Positions 35,915-48,841 of a stretch of 64,000 nucleotides of DNA are shown here, piece by piece. The position numbers were made by a program, and so were the translations under genes. The notes under the pieces were generated by a model. The model ran no database searches, was not told where the DNA came from, and worked only from the letters and a program-made list of their open reading frames with translations. Source of the stretch: Escherichia coli (GTDB taxonomy: Bacteria > Pseudomonadota > Gammaproteobacteria > Enterobacterales > Enterobacteriaceae); the NCBI RefSeq assembly GCF_003334305.1, contig NZ_QOWS01000002.1; one strand, 5' to 3'. The number at the start of each line of letters is the position of its first letter. Positions within the stretch are counted from its first letter, which is position 1.

Positions 35915-36293
35915 TATTTACTCCTTAAACAAGGACATTAGTCTACGCCAGGCATGGCTTGCAGACAAATATACCACGCTGGTGGCAAGAGCGCCTTACT
36001 GGTAACTTTGGATTTTGCATGCTAATAAAGTTGCGTATCGGATTTTATCAGGTACAGTGTGACGCTTTCGTCAATCTGGCAATAGATTTGCTTGACATTC
36101 GACCAAAATTCCGTCGTGCTATAGCGCCTGTAGGCCAAGACCTGTTAACTCAGTCACCTGAATTTTCGTGAACAGAGTCACGACAAGGGGTTGATATCCG
36201 CAGAGAACGAGTCCATATCGGTAACTCGTTGCCAGTGGAAGGTTTATCAACGTGCGACGCATTCCTGGAAGAATCAAATTAGGTAAGGTGAAT

Positions 36294-38891
36294 ATGGGTA
36301 AAGCTCTTGTCATCGTTGAGTCCCCGGCAAAAGCCAAAACGATCAACAAGTATCTGGGTAGTGACTACGTGGTGAAATCCAGCGTCGGTCACATCCGCGA
36401 TTTGCCGACCAGTGGCTCAGCTGCCAAAAAGAGTGCCGACTCTACCTCCACCAAGACGGCTAAAAAGCCTAAAAAGGATGAACGTGGCGCTCTCGTCAAC
36501 CGTATGGGGGTTGACCCGTGGCACAATTGGGAGGCGCACTATGAAGTGTTGCCTGGTAAAGAGAAGGTCGTCTCTGAACTGAAACAACTGGCTGAAAAAG
36601 CCGACCACATCTATCTCGCAACCGACCTTGACCGCGAAGGGGAAGCCATTGCATGGCACCTGCGGGAAGTGATTGGGGGTGATGATGCGCGCTATAGCCG
36701 AGTGGTGTTTAACGAAATTACTAAAAACGCGATCCGCCAGGCATTTAATAAACCGGGTGAGCTGAATATTGATCGTGTTAATGCCCAGCAGGCGCGTCGC
36801 TTTATGGACCGCGTGGTGGGGTATATGGTTTCGCCGCTGCTATGGAAAAAGATCGCTCGTGGTCTGTCTGCCGGTCGTGTGCAGTCGGTGGCGGTTCGCC
36901 TGGTGGTCGAGCGTGAGCGTGAAATTAAAGCGTTCGTGCCGGAAGAGTTCTGGGAAGTCGATGCCAGCACGACCACGCCATCTGGTGAAGCGTTGGCGTT
37001 ACAGGTGACTCATCAGAACGACAAACCGTTCCGTCCGGTCAACAAAGAACAAACTCAGGCTGCGGTAAGTCTGCTGGAAAAAGCGCGCTACAGCGTGCTG
37101 GAACGTGAAGACAAACCGACAACCAGTAAACCTGGCGCTCCTTTTATTACCTCTACGCTGCAACAAGCTGCCAGCACCCGTCTTGGATTTGGCGTGAAAA
37201 AAACCATGATGATGGCGCAGCGTTTGTATGAAGCAGGCTATATCACTTACATGCGTACCGACTCCACTAACCTGAGTCAGGACGCGGTAAATATGGTTCG
37301 CGGTTATATCAGCGATAATTTTGGTAAGAAATATCTGCCGGAAAGTCCGAATCAGTACGCCAGCAAAGAAAACTCACAGGAAGCGCACGAAGCGATTCGT
37401 CCTTCTGACGTCAATGTGATGGCGGAATCGCTGAAGGATATGGAAGCAGATGCGCAGAAACTGTACCAGTTAATCTGGCGTCAGTTCGTAGCCTGCCAGA
37501 TGACCCCAGCGAAATATGACTCCACGACGCTGACCGTTGGTGCGGGCGATTTCCGCCTGAAAGCACGCGGTCGTATTTTGCGTTTTGATGGCTGGACAAA
37601 AGTGATGCCTGCGTTGCGTAAAGGCGATGAAGATCGCATCTTACCAGCAGTTAATAAAGGCGATGCTCTGACGCTCGTTGAACTTACACCAGCCCAGCAC
37701 TTTACCAAGCCGCCAGCCCGTTTCAGTGAAGCATCGCTGGTTAAAGAGCTGGAAAAACGTGGTATCGGTCGTCCGTCTACCTATGCGTCGATCATTTCGA
37801 CCATTCAGGATCGTGGCTACGTGCGAGTAGAAAATCGTCGTTTCTATGCGGAAAAAATGGGCGAAATCGTCACCGATCGCCTTGAAGAAAATTTCCGCGA
37901 GTTAATGAACTACGACTTTACCGCGCAGATGGAAAACAGCCTCGACCAGGTGGCAAATCACGAAGCAGAGTGGAAAGCTGTACTGGATCACTTCTTCTCG
38001 GATTTCACCCAGCAGTTAGATAAAGCTGAAAAAGATCCGGAAGAGGGTGGTATGCGCCCGAACCAGATGGTTCTGACCAGCATTGACTGCCCGACTTGTG
38101 GTCGCAAAATGGGGATTCGCACAGCGAGCACCGGGGTATTCCTTGGCTGTTCTGGCTATGCGCTGCCGCCGAAAGAGCGTTGCAAAACCACCATTAACCT
38201 GGTGCCGGAAAACGAAGTGCTGAACGTGCTGGAAGGCGAAGATGCTGAAACCAACGCGCTGCGCGCAAAACGTCGTTGCCCGAAATGCGGCACGGCGATG
38301 GACAGCTATCTCATCGATCCGAAACGTAAGTTGCATGTCTGTGGTAATAACCCAACCTGCGACGGTTACGAGATCGAAGAGGGCGAATTCCGCATTAAAG
38401 GTTATGACGGCCCGATCGTTGAGTGTGAAAAATGTGGCTCTGAAATGCACCTGAAAATGGGGCGTTTCGGTAAATACATGGCCTGCACCAACGAAGAGTG
38501 TAAAAACACACGTAAGATTTTACGTAACGGCGAAGTGGCACCACCGAAAGAAGATCCGGTGCCATTACCTGAGCTGCCGTGCGAAAAATCAGATGCTTAT
38601 TTCGTGCTGCGTGACGGTGCTGCCGGTGTGTTCCTGGCTGCCAACACTTTCCCGAAATCGCGTGAAACGCGTGCGCCACTGGTGGAAGAGCTTTATCGCT
38701 TCCGCGACCGTCTGCCGGAAAAACTGCGTTATCTGGCCGATGCGCCACAGCAGGATCCGGAAGGTAATAAGACCATGGTTCGCTTTAGCCGTAAAACCAA
38801 ACAGCAATATGTCTCTTCGGAAAAAGACGGAAAGGCGACTGGCTGGTCAGCATTTTATGTTGATGGCAAATGGGTTGAAGGAAAAAAATAA
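36294..38891 (+). CDS. topA: DNA topoisomerase I
   Basis: ORF trimmed to [37 protein letters not shown] (865 aa); Toprim domain and C-terminal Cys4 zinc ribbons. Start taken from ORF-track arithmetic; my own count of the printed sequence put it 1 nt lower. Confidence 0.93.
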   Translation: MGKALVIVESPAKAKTINKYLGSDYVVKSSVGHIRDLPTSGSAAKKSADSTSTKTAKKPKKDERGALVNRMGVDPWHNWEAHYEVLPGKEKVVSELKQLAEKADHIYLATDLDREGEAIAWHLREVIGGDDARYSRVVFNEITKNAIRQAFNKPGELNIDRVNAQQARRFMDRVVGYMVSPLLWKKIARGLSAGRVQSVAVRLVVEREREIKAFVPEEFWEVDASTTTPSGEALALQVTHQNDKPFRPVNKEQTQAAVSLLEKARYSVLEREDKPTTSKPGAPFITSTLQQAASTRLGFGVKKTMMMAQRLYEAGYITYMRTDSTNLSQDAVNMVRGYISDNFGKKYLPESPNQYASKENSQEAHEAIRPSDVNVMAESLKDMEADAQKLYQLIWRQFVACQMTPAKYDSTTLTVGAGDFRLKARGRILRFDGWTKVMPALRKGDEDRILPAVNKGDALTLVELTPAQHFTKPPARFSEASLVKELEKRGIGRPSTYASIISTIQDRGYVRVENRRFYAEKMGEIVTDRLEENFRELMNYDFTAQMENSLDQVANHEAEWKAVLDHFFSDFTQQLDKAEKDPEEGGMRPNQMVLTSIDCPTCGRKMGIRTASTGVFLGCSGYALPPKERCKTTINLVPENEVLNVLEGEDAETNALRAKRRCPKCGTAMDSYLIDPKRKLHVCGNNPTCDGYEIEEGEFRIKGYDGPIVECEKCGSEMHLKMGRFGKYMACTNEECKNTRKILRNGEVAPPKEDPVPLPELPCEKSDAYFVLRDGAAGVFLAANTFPKSRETRAPLVEELYRFRDRLPEKLRYLADAPQQDPEGNKTMVRFSRKTKQQYVSSEKDGKATGWSAFYVDGKWVEGKK

Positions 38892-38922
38892 CCTTTAATT
38901 CTGTCAGGTTTTTATAAACAAA

Positions 38923-38950
38923 GGGTCGCGAAAGCGGCCCTTTTTTATTG
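38923..38950 (+). terminator. Rho-independent terminator of topA
   Basis: gggtcgc-gaaa-gcggccc stem-loop (one G-U pair) followed by tttttt. Confidence 0.8.
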
Positions 38951-39076
38951 CATATTATTTTTTCTTCACACCTATACACTAAGGCTATAAATGATATAGT
39001 GGTTATAGTTAGCACCTTTTTTATTATTAAATCGTATTAGTCACCCGCCAGGTGTGACGAAAAAACGATGTTCTGA

Positions 39077-40075
<999 letters not shown>

Positions 40076-40393
40076 TTTCTTGCGTTATTTTCGGCACCTT
40101 TTATGTAGCGAAGGTGCCGGAATATATTCTCTTTTGTTACTTATTTCTATACCGTGCACAATATTTTTATCCCTCATATTTATAGGGTAAATTACCTGTA
40201 AAGTAGTGTCTAATTACCCGCCTCGCAAACTCCAGTTTTCAAATATCTATTTCAGGTCAAAAGATTGAATTATTCACTGGAGACGATTCGTAAATTCGCT
40301 GGATTTTTGACTAAAGTTTCTTTAGGATTTGTCTCATCGTATGATTAATTACACCAATCGTTCAACGTCTTGCTGATAAGTGATGGCGATTAT

Positions 40394-40534
40394 ATGAGGT
40401 TAGCAATGCCTTCTGGAAATCAGGAACCCCGCCGCGATCCTGAATTAAAACGTAAAGCCTGGCTGGCGGTTTTTCTTGGTTCTGCACTTTTCTGGGTGGT
40501 TGTCGCACTGCTGATTTGGAAAGTGTGGGGATAA
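40394..40534 (+). CDS. ymiA: Small membrane protein YmiA (46 aa; alternative start at 40406 gives 42 aa)
   Basis: Micro-ORF MRLAMPSGNQEPRRDPELKRKAWLAVFLGSALFWVVVALLIWKVWG with one predicted TM helix; below the 60 aa ORF-track cutoff, read directly from sequence. Confidence 0.5.
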   Translation: MRLAMPSGNQEPRRDPELKRKAWLAVFLGSALFWVVVALLIWKVWG

Positions 40535-40536
40535 CT

Positions 40537-40704
40537 ATGGTCGGTCAGGAGCAACTGGAGTCGTCACCATTATGCCAGCATAGTGACAATGAAACAGAAA
40601 CGAAACGGGAATGTTCCGTCGTTATTCCAGACGACTGGCAACTAACATCGCAGCAGCAAGCCTTTATAGAACTGTTTGCTGAAGATGATCAGCCGAAACA
40701 ATAA
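40537..40704 (+). CDS. yciX: Small acidic protein YciX (55 aa)
   Basis: ORF trimmed to MVGQEQLESSPLCQHSDNETETKRECSVVIPDDWQLTSQQQAFIELFAEDDQPKQ; begins 3 nt after the ymiA stop. Confidence 0.5.
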   Translation: MVGQEQLESSPLCQHSDNETETKRECSVVIPDDWQLTSQQQAFIELFAEDDQPKQ

Positions 40705-41076
40705 TTATCATCATTCTTATTACCCATTTTTAATGAATTAAAGGGCTTTTAATACACCGCAGCAATAACAGCTTGAGTTATCTCAACACAAAATAATAAC
40801 CGTTAAGGGTGTAGCCTATGATCAACACAAATATGAAATATTGGTCCTGGATGGGCGCGTTTTCTCTGTCGATGCTCTTCTGGGCCGAACTCCTCTGGAT
40901 CATTACTCACTGATCCTTGACCCCGCTGCGGCGGGGTTGTCATTTGCTTTGCCACAAGGTTTCTCCTCTTTTATCAATTTGGGTTGTTATCAAATCGTTA
41001 CGCGATGTTTGTGTTATCTTTAATATTCACCCTGAAGAGAATCAGTGCTTCGCAACCCTGTCATTAAGGAGGAGCT

Positions 41077-43752
41077 ATGTCGTCAACCCTACGAGAAGCC
41101 AGTAAGGACACGTTGCAGGCCAAAGATAAAACTTACCACTACTACAGCCTGCCGCTTGCTGCTAAATCACTGGGCGATATCACCCGTCTGCCCAAGTCAC
41201 TCAAAGTTTTGCTCGAAAACCTGCTGCGCTGGCAGGATGGTAACTCGGTTACCGAAGAGGATATCCACGCGCTGGCAGGATGGCTGAAAAATGCCCATGC
41301 TGACCGTGAAATTGCCTACCGCCCGGCAAGGGTGCTGATGCAGGACTTTACCGGCGTACCTGCCGTTGTTGATCTGGCGGCAATGCGCGAAGCGGTTAAA
41401 CGCCTCGGCGGCGATACTGCAAAGGTTAACCCGCTCTCACCGGTCGACCTGGTCATTGACCACTCGGTGACCGTCGATCGTTTTGGTGATGATGAGGCAT
41501 TTGAAGAAAACGTACGCCTGGAAATGGAGCGCAACCACGAACGTTATGTGTTCCTGAAATGGGGAAAGCAAGCGTTCAGTCGGTTTAGCGTCGTGCCGCC
41601 AGGCACAGGCATTTGCCATCAGGTTAACCTCGAATATCTCGGCAAAGCAGTGTGGAGTGAATTGCAGGACGGTGAATGGATTGCTTATCCGGATACACTC
41701 GTTGGTACTGACTCGCACACCACTATGATCAACGGCCTTGGCGTGCTGGGGTGGGGCGTGGGTGGGATCGAAGCAGAAGCCGCAATGTTAGGCCAGCCGG
41801 TTTCCATGCTTATCCCGGACGTAGTGGGCTTTAAACTTACCGGTAAATTACGTGAAGGTATTACCGCCACAGACCTAGTTCTCACTGTTACCCAAATGCT
41901 GCGCAAACATGGCGTGGTGGGGAAATTCGTCGAATTTTATGGTGATGGTCTGGATTCACTACCGCTGGCGGATCGCGCCACCATTGCCAATATGTCGCCA
42001 GAATATGGTGCCACCTGTGGCTTCTTCCCAATCGATGCTGTAACCCTCGATTACATGCGTTTAAGCGGGCGCAGCGAAGATCAGGTTGAGTTGGTCGAAA
42101 AATATGCCAAAGCGCAGGGCATGTGGCGTAACCCGGGCGATGAACCGATTTTTACCAGTACGTTAGAACTGGATATGAATGACGTTGAAGCGAGCCTGGC
42201 AGGGCCAAAACGCCCACAGGATCGCGTTGCACTGCCCGATGTACCAAAAGCATTTGCCGCCAGTAACGAACTGGAAGTGAATGCCACGCATAAAGATCGC
42301 CAGCCGGTCGATTATGTTATGAACGGACATCAGTATCAGTTACCTGATGGCGCTGTGGTCATTGCTGCGATAACCTCGTGCACCAACACCTCTAACCCAA
42401 GTGTGCTGATGGCTGCAGGCTTGCTGGCGAAAAAAGCCGTAACTCTTGGCCTCAAGCGGCAACCGTGGGTCAAAGCGTCGCTGGCACCAGGCTCGAAAGT
42501 TGTTTCTGATTATCTGGCAAAAGCGAAATTGACACCGTATCTCGACGAACTGGGGTTTAACCTTGTGGGATACGGTTGTACCACCTGTATTGGTAACTCT
42601 GGGCCGCTGCCCGATCCTATCGAAACGGCAATCAAAAAAGGCGATTTAACCGTCGGTGCAGTGCTGTCCGGCAACCGTAACTTTGAAGGCCGTATCCATC
42701 CGCTGGTTAAAACCAACTGGCTGGCCTCGCCGCCGCTGGTGGTTGCCTATGCGCTGGCGGGAAATATGAATATCAACCTGGCTTCTGAGCCTATCGGCCA
42801 TGATCGTAAAGGCGATCCGGTATATCTGAAAGATATCTGGCCATCGGCACAAGAAATTGCCCGTGCGGTAGAACAAGTCTCCACAGAAATGTTCCGCAAA
42901 GAGTACGCAGAAGTTTTTGAAGGCACAGCAGAGTGGAAGGAAATTAACGTCACACGATCCGATACCTACGGTTGGCAGGAGGACTCAACCTATATTCGCT
43001 TATCGCCTTTCTTTGATGAAATGCAGGCAACACCAGCACCAGTGGAAGATATTCACGGTGCGCGGATCCTCGCAATGCTGGGGGATTCAGTCACCACTGA
43101 CCATATCTCTCCGGCGGGCAGTATTAAGCCCGACAGCCCAGCGGGTCGATATCTACAAGGTCGGGGTGTTGAGCGAAAAGACTTTAACTCCTACGGTTCG
43201 CGGCGTGGTAACCATGAAGTGATGATGCGCGGCACCTTCGCCAATATTCGCATCCGTAATGAAATGGTGCCTGGCGTTGAAGGGGGGATGACGCGGCATT
43301 TACCTGACAGCGACGTAGTCTCTATTTATGATGCTGCGATGCGCTATAAGCAGGAACAAACGCCGCTGGCGGTGATTGCCGGGAAAGAGTATGGATCAGG
43401 CTCAAGCCGTGACTGGGCGGCAAAAGGTCCTCGTCTGCTTGGAATTCGTGTGGTGATTGCCGAATCGTTTGAACGAATTCACCGTTCGAATTTAATTGGC
43501 ATGGGCATCCTGCCGCTGGAATTTCCGCAAGGCGTAACGCGTAAAACGTTAGGACTAACCGGGGAAGAGAAGATTGATATTGGCGATCTGCAAAATCTAC
43601 AACCCGGTGCGACGGTTCCGGTGACGCTTACGCGCGCGGATGGTAGCCAGGAGGTCGTACCCTGCCGTTGTCGTATCGACACCGCGACGGAGTTGACCTA
43701 CTACCAGAACGACGGCATTTTGCATTATGTCATTCGTAATATGTTGAAGTAA
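41077..43752 (+). CDS. acnA: Aconitate hydratase A
   Basis: 891 aa ORF with aconitase Fe-S ligand motifs and C-terminal swivel domain; length matches AcnA. Confidence 0.96.
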   Translation: MSSTLREASKDTLQAKDKTYHYYSLPLAAKSLGDITRLPKSLKVLLENLLRWQDGNSVTEEDIHALAGWLKNAHADREIAYRPARVLMQDFTGVPAVVDLAAMREAVKRLGGDTAKVNPLSPVDLVIDHSVTVDRFGDDEAFEENVRLEMERNHERYVFLKWGKQAFSRFSVVPPGTGICHQVNLEYLGKAVWSELQDGEWIAYPDTLVGTDSHTTMINGLGVLGWGVGGIEAEAAMLGQPVSMLIPDVVGFKLTGKLREGITATDLVLTVTQMLRKHGVVGKFVEFYGDGLDSLPLADRATIANMSPEYGATCGFFPIDAVTLDYMRLSGRSEDQVELVEKYAKAQGMWRNPGDEPIFTSTLELDMNDVEASLAGPKRPQDRVALPDVPKAFAASNELEVNATHKDRQPVDYVMNGHQYQLPDGAVVIAAITSCTNTSNPSVLMAAGLLAKKAVTLGLKRQPWVKASLAPGSKVVSDYLAKAKLTPYLDELGFNLVGYGCTTCIGNSGPLPDPIETAIKKGDLTVGAVLSGNRNFEGRIHPLVKTNWLASPPLVVAYALAGNMNINLASEPIGHDRKGDPVYLKDIWPSAQEIARAVEQVSTEMFRKEYAEVFEGTAEWKEINVTRSDTYGWQEDSTYIRLSPFFDEMQATPAPVEDIHGARILAMLGDSVTTDHISPAGSIKPDSPAGRYLQGRGVERKDFNSYGSRRGNHEVMMRGTFANIRIRNEMVPGVEGGMTRHLPDSDVVSIYDAAMRYKQEQTPLAVIAGKEYGSGSSRDWAAKGPRLLGIRVVIAESFERIHRSNLIGMGILPLEFPQGVTRKTLGLTGEEKIDIGDLQNLQPGATVPVTLTRADGSQEVVPCRCRIDTATELTYYQNDGILHYVIRNMLK

Positions 43753-43758
43753 CAAGTA

Positions 43759-43793
43759 TTTGCTTGCCGGTTATTTTGCTTCCGGCAAGCAAA
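43759..43793. terminator. Bidirectional terminator between acnA and ribA
   Basis: Perfect 12 bp inverted repeat tttgcttgccgg / ccggcaagcaaa around an 11 nt T-rich loop. Confidence 0.7.
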
Positions 43794-43815
43794 CTAATTA
43801 CACAATGCAAGAGGG

Positions 43816-44406
43816 TTATTTGTTCAGCAAATGGCCCATTTTCTCGGCTTTGGTATCGAGATAATGTTCGTTATTGGGGTTACGACCTACAATCAATGGT
43901 ACGCGTTCAACAATATTAATCCCTGCTTCGGTCAGAATTTCGACTTTTTTCGGGTTATTGGTTAACAAGCGGACTTCATTGACGCCAAGGAGTTTGAACA
44001 TATCAGCGCAAAGAGTGAAGTCGCGCTCATCAGCGGCGAAGCCTAACTGGTGGTTAGCCTCTACGGTATCGTAACCTTGATCCTGCAGTGCGTAAGCGCG
44101 GATTTTATTCAGCAGACCAATGTTACGACCTTCCTGACGGTGATACAGCAAAATACCACGGCCTTCCTCGGCAATTTGCGTCAATGCCGCTTCGAGCTGG
44201 AAGCCACAATCGCAGCGCAAGCTGAACAGGGCGTCACCGGTCAGACATTCGGAATGGACGCGCGCAAGTACCGGGGTATGCCCGGAAATATCGCCATAGA
44301 CTAGCGCGACATGATCGTGTCCGGTTGCCAGTTCTTCAAATCCCACCATCAGGAAATCGCCCCATGGGGTTGGCAGTTTGGCTTCTGCCACACGTTTAAG
44401 CTGCAT
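43816..44406 (-). CDS. ribA: GTP cyclohydrolase II
   Basis: ORF trimmed to [26 protein letters not shown]... (196 aa) with zinc-binding Cys motif [15 protein letters not shown]. Confidence 0.93.
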
Positions 44407-44575
44407 GAAATTCTCCAGATAATGCTGGTTCTGTATTGGCTTATTTTGCCATAACGAGAAGGGGTTCACCTAATCACGACGCGTCGATCGTTCACGGAAT
44501 GGCACAAATCTGTCAATTTTTCCTGGAACTGGCGTTTTCAGTTATGATTGTGGGACTTATCAAAAAGGAGAGGCC

Positions 44576-45340
44576 ATGCGTTCGATTGCCAGACGTACCG
44601 CAGTGGGAGCTGCACTATTGCTTGTCATGCCAGTAGCCGTATGGATTTCTGGCTGGCGTTGGCAACCTGGAGAACAAAGTTGGCTACTAAAAGCGGCTTT
44701 TTGGGTTACTGAAACTGTCACCCAGCCCTGGGGCGTCATTACACATTTGATTTTATTCGGCTGGTTTCTCTGGTGTCTGCGTTTTCGCATTAAGGCTGCC
44801 TTTGTATTATTTGCCATTCTGGCGGCCGCAATCCTTGTGGGACAAGGCGTTAAATCCTGGATCAAAGACAAAGTCCAGGAACCACGACCTTTTGTTATCT
44901 GGCTGGAAAAAACACATCATATTCCGGTTGATGAGTTCTACACTTTAAAGCGAGCAGAACGCGGAAATCTAGTGAAAGAACAGTTGGCTGAAGAGAAAAA
45001 TATCCCACAATATTTGCGTTCACACTGGCAGAAAGAGACGGGGTTTGCCTTTCCTTCCGGTCACACGATGTTTGCTGCCAGTTGGGCACTGCTGGCCGTT
45101 GGTTTGCTGTGGCCGCGTCGGCGAACGTTAACCATTGCTATCTTGCTGGTCTGGGCAACGGGAGTCATGGGAAGCCGCCTGCTGCTCGGGATGCATTGGC
45201 CACGCGATCTGGTAGTAGCTACGTTGATTTCGTGGGCGCTGGTGGCGGTGGCAACGTGGCTTGCGCAACGAATTTGTGGGCCATTAACACCACCTGCGGA
45301 AGAAAATCGCGAAATAGCGCAACGAGAACAAGAAAGTTAA
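44576..45340 (+). CDS. pgpB: Phosphatidylglycerophosphatase B (PAP2 family)
   Basis: 254 aa multi-TM ORF with PAP2 motifs (PSGH, SRLLLGMHWPRD). Confidence 0.93.
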   Translation: MRSIARRTAVGAALLLVMPVAVWISGWRWQPGEQSWLLKAAFWVTETVTQPWGVITHLILFGWFLWCLRFRIKAAFVLFAILAAAILVGQGVKSWIKDKVQEPRPFVIWLEKTHHIPVDEFYTLKRAERGNLVKEQLAEEKNIPQYLRSHWQKETGFAFPSGHTMFAASWALLAVGLLWPRRRTLTIAILLVWATGVMGSRLLLGMHWPRDLVVATLISWALVAVATWLAQRICGPLTPPAEENREIAQREQES

Positions 45341-45488
45341 CGCTGGTTGATTTTCCGAATTTAGCCCTTAAATCATCAACAATGCGCGTGGATGCCATTT
45401 CGCAGACGGCGCGAAAATGGTACTTTAAAGGGCTATTGCGGTAAGTTGACCATAATTTATTCGCTCTAACCACATAACGGGAAGTAAT

Positions 45489-45797
45489 GTGAAATATTTA
45501 CTCATTTTCTTACTGGTGTTAGCGATCTTCGTGATTTCGGTCACGTTGGGTGCGCAGAACGATCAACAGGTGACGTTTAATTATCTGTTAGCGCAAGGGG
45601 AGTACCGTATTTCCACATTGCTGGCGGTATTGTTTGCTGCGGGGTTTGCTATCGGTTGGTTGATTTGTGGCCTGTTCTGGCTGCGAGTTCGTGTTTCCCT
45701 GGCGCGCGCTGAACGTAAAATAAAGCGACTGGAAAACCAGCTTTCACCCGCGACTGACGTGGCTGTAGTGCCGCACTCGTCAGCGGCGAAGGAATAA
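45489..45797 (+). CDS. lapA: Lipopolysaccharide assembly protein A
   Basis: 102 aa ORF, two TM segments; directly upstream of lapB. Confidence 0.9.
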   Translation: MKYLLIFLLVLAIFVISVTLGAQNDQQVTFNYLLAQGEYRISTLLAVLFAAGFAIGWLICGLFWLRVRVSLARAERKIKRLENQLSPATDVAVVPHSSAAKE

Positions 45798-45803
45798 CTT
45801 TCT

Positions 45804-46973
45804 ATGCTGGAGTTGTTGTTTCTGCTTTTGCCTGTAGCCGCTGCCTATGGCTGGTATATGGGCCGCAGAAGTGCGCAACAAAACAAGCAAGATGAAGCCA
45901 ACCGCTTGTCGCGTGATTACGTAGCGGGGGTTAACTTCCTGCTTAGTAATCAACAGGATAAAGCGGTAGACCTGTTTCTCGATATGCTTAAAGAGGATAC
46001 AGGCACCGTTGAAGCCCACCTTACGCTCGGAAACCTGTTCCGTTCGCGTGGCGAAGTTGATCGCGCTATTCGCATCCATCAGACCCTAATGGAAAGCGCC
46101 TCGCTGACCTATGAACAGCGTCTGTTGGCGATTCAACAACTAGGGCGTGATTACATGGCCGCCGGGTTATACGACCGCGCGGAAGACATGTTCAATCAGC
46201 TGACCGATGAAACTGACTTCCGCATTGGCGCTCTGCAACAGTTGCTACAAATCTACCAGGCTACCAGTGAGTGGCAGAAAGCAATTGATGTTGCCGAACG
46301 CCTGGTGAAGCTGGGTAAAGATAAACAGCGCGTCGAAATTGCCCATTTCTACTGTGAGTTAGCCCTGCAGCATATGGCCAGCGACGATCTCGATCGTGCC
46401 ATGACCTTGCTAAAAAAAGGGGCGGCGGCAGATAAAAACAGCGCCCGCGTATCCATCATGATGGGACGCGTGTTTATGGCGAAAGGAGAATACGCCAAAG
46501 CCGTCGAAAGTTTGCAACGCGTGATATCCCAGGACAGAGAACTGGTCAGCGAAACGCTGGAAATGTTGCAAACCTGCTATCAGCAGTTGGGTAAAACTGC
46601 CGAATGGGCAGAATTCCTGCAACGCGCGGTGGAAGAGAACACCGGTGCCGATGCTGAATTGATGCTTGCTGATATCATCGAAGCGCGCGACGGTAGTGAG
46701 GCCGCACAGGTCTATATTACGCGCCAGCTTCAGCGTCATCCGACCATGCGTGTGTTCCATAAGTTAATGGATTACCACTTAAATGAAGCGGAAGAAGGGC
46801 GTGCCAAAGAGAGCCTGATGGTGCTGCGTGACATGGTTGGCGAAAAGGTACGTAGTAAGCCTCGTTATCGCTGCCAGAAATGTGGTTTTACCGCATACAC
46901 CCTCTACTGGCATTGTCCGTCTTGTCGGGCCTGGTCAACCATTAAACCGATTCGCGGTCTTGATGGCCTGTAA
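45804..46973 (+). CDS. lapB: Lipopolysaccharide assembly protein B (TPR plus rubredoxin-like domain)
   Basis: 389 aa ORF with N-terminal TM, TPR repeats and C-terminal CQKCG...CPSC metal-binding motif. Confidence 0.94.
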   Translation: MLELLFLLLPVAAAYGWYMGRRSAQQNKQDEANRLSRDYVAGVNFLLSNQQDKAVDLFLDMLKEDTGTVEAHLTLGNLFRSRGEVDRAIRIHQTLMESASLTYEQRLLAIQQLGRDYMAAGLYDRAEDMFNQLTDETDFRIGALQQLLQIYQATSEWQKAIDVAERLVKLGKDKQRVEIAHFYCELALQHMASDDLDRAMTLLKKGAAADKNSARVSIMMGRVFMAKGEYAKAVESLQRVISQDRELVSETLEMLQTCYQQLGKTAEWAEFLQRAVEENTGADAELMLADIIEARDGSEAAQVYITRQLQRHPTMRVFHKLMDYHLNEAEEGRAKESLMVLRDMVGEKVRSKPRYRCQKCGFTAYTLYWHCPSCRAWSTIKPIRGLDGL

Positions 46974-47165
46974 TTTTTAAAAAAATCCTACTTTAGTTAC
47001 AACATACTAGTTATTGATGTTCCATTGTGCTCCGGCAACGACGGCGCAGAAAAAGCCTGCCAGGGGAAAAATCGCAACTGTTAATTTTTTATTTCCACGG
47101 GTAGAATGCTCGCCGTTTACCTGTTTCGCGCCACTTCCGGTGCCCATCATCAAGAAGGTCTGGTC

Positions 47166-47903
47166 ATGACGTTAACTGCTTCATCTTCTTCCCGCGCTGT
47201 TACGAATTCTCCTGTGGTTGTTGCCCTTGATTATCATAATCGTGATGACGCGCTGTCCTTTGTCGACAAGATCGACCCACGCGATTGTCGTCTGAAGGTC
47301 GGCAAAGAGATGTTTACATTGTTTGGGCCACAGTTTGTGCGCGAACTTCAACAGCGTGGTTTTGATATCTTTCTTGACCTGAAATTCCACGATATTCCTA
47401 ACACTGCTGCGCACGCTGTCGCTGCTGCAGCTGACTTAGGCGTGTGGATGGTGAATGTTCATGCCTCTGGTGGGGCGCGTATGATGACCGCAGCGCGTGA
47501 GGCACTGGTTCCGTTTGGCAAAGATGCACCGCTTTTGATTGCTGTGACAGTGTTGACCAGCATGGAAGCCAGCGACCTGGTCGATCTTGGCATGACACTG
47601 TCACCTGCAGATTATGCAGAACGTCTGGCGGCACTGACGCAAAAATGTGGCCTTGATGGTGTGGTGTGTTCTGCTCAGGAAGCTGTGCGCTTTAAACAGG
47701 TATTCGGTCAGGAGTTCAAACTGGTTACGCCGGGCATTCGTCCGCAGGGGAGTGAAGCTGGTGACCAGCGCCGCATTATGACGCCAGAACAGGCGTTGTC
47801 GGCTGGTGTTGATTATATGGTGATTGGTCGCCCGGTAACGCAATCGGTAGATCCAGCGCAGACGCTGAAAGCGATCAACGCCTCTTTACAGCGGAGTGCA
47901 TGA
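47166..47903 (+). CDS. pyrF: Orotidine-5'-phosphate decarboxylase
   Basis: ORF trimmed to [38 protein letters not shown] (245 aa); catalytic [10 protein letters not shown] motif. Confidence 0.93.
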   Translation: MTLTASSSSRAVTNSPVVVALDYHNRDDALSFVDKIDPRDCRLKVGKEMFTLFGPQFVRELQQRGFDIFLDLKFHDIPNTAAHAVAAAADLGVWMVNVHASGGARMMTAAREALVPFGKDAPLLIAVTVLTSMEASDLVDLGMTLSPADYAERLAALTQKCGLDGVVCSAQEAVRFKQVFGQEFKLVTPGIRPQGSEAGDQRRIMTPEQALSAGVDYMVIGRPVTQSVDPAQTLKAINASLQRSA

Positions 47904-48229
47904 TGAGTGATTCCAACAGCCGTCTGGTCTACTCAACGGAAACCGGACGTATTGATGAGCCCAAAGCGGCCCCTGTACGCCCTAAAGGCGACGGTGTGGT
48001 GCGTATTCAGCGTCAGACCAGTGGACGTAAAGGTAAGGGCGTTTGCCTGATTACCGGTGTCGATCTCGATGATGCCGAACTGACAAAACTTGCAGCGGAA
48101 CTGAAGAAAAAATGCGGCTGCGGCGGAGCAGTTAAAGATGGAGTTATTGAAATCCAGGGCGATAAGCGTGATTTATTAAAATCACTACTTGAAGCGAAAG
48201 GGATGAAGGTAAAACTCGCAGGTGGTTAA
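47900..48229 (+). CDS. yciH: SUI1/eIF1-like translation factor YciH
   Basis: About 108 aa ORF overlapping the pyrF stop (ATGA); start could be either of the two adjacent ATGs. Confidence 0.9.
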   Translation: MMSDSNSRLVYSTETGRIDEPKAAPVRPKGDGVVRIQRQTSGRKGKGVCLITGVDLDDAELTKLAAELKKKCGCGGAVKDGVIEIQGDKRDLLKSLLEAKGMKVKLAGG

Positions 48230-48235
48230 CATAAA

Positions 48236-48262
48236 AAGCCACGGATATATCCGTGGCTTTCG
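48236..48262. terminator. Bidirectional terminator between yciH and osmB
   Basis: agccacgga-tata-tccgtggct hairpin flanked by aaaaa and ttt. Confidence 0.75.
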
Positions 48263-48354
48263 AATATTTTACTGTGTGTATTATTCAGTTATTTCGTACT
48301 GAACAGAATCAAGCGTATTATAATTGCGAGTCGATAATCGACATTTATTTACGA

Positions 48355-48573
48355 TTATTTACCGACCTGGTGACCAATAACACCACCGACAGCTGCACCA
48401 CCTAATGTACCCAACGTACTGCCATCGGTCAGTACTGCACCGCCTAATGCCCCTGCACCCGCGCCGATTGCGGTGTTGCGGTCCCGTTTAGACCAGTTAG
48501 AACAGGCACTCAGAGACATTGCCAGGGTAATTGCCAGAACAGCCGCGGTCATTTTTTTGCTCGTTACAAACAT
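48355..48573 (-). CDS. osmB: Osmotically inducible lipoprotein OsmB
   Basis: 72 aa ORF with lipobox (LSAC) and Gly/Ala-rich body. Confidence 0.93.
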   Translation of the reverse strand: MFVTSKKMTAAVLAITLAMSLSACSNWSKRDRNTAIGAGAGALGGAVLTDGSTLGTLGGAAVGGVIGHQVGK

Positions 48574-48841
48574 AATACTCTCTCCTGAATTTATGATTCA
48601 CGGAAGTAAGCTCTCTATAACTATAATAGCTAAGAATAAGCCTGGTGAAATTATTCCGTGAAATCTGCTCGCGCGCAGGGTTATATCACGCAGGTGATAA
48701 TGACTTCCTGTTATATCGCTGATAATAATTTTATATCTTGAGAGTGTTAATAACAGGTAAATAGTCTTAATTATCAACCAGGAATCATCTTAGAGCGGAT
48801 GATTTGCCAAACTGCAAATCATCCGTAGAGAAGGGAAATGG

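Noticed and set aside
38016-38748. Several 70-144 aa ORFs on both strands within topA
   Set aside because: All lie inside the well-supported topA reading frame; Arg/Cys-rich alternative-frame translations
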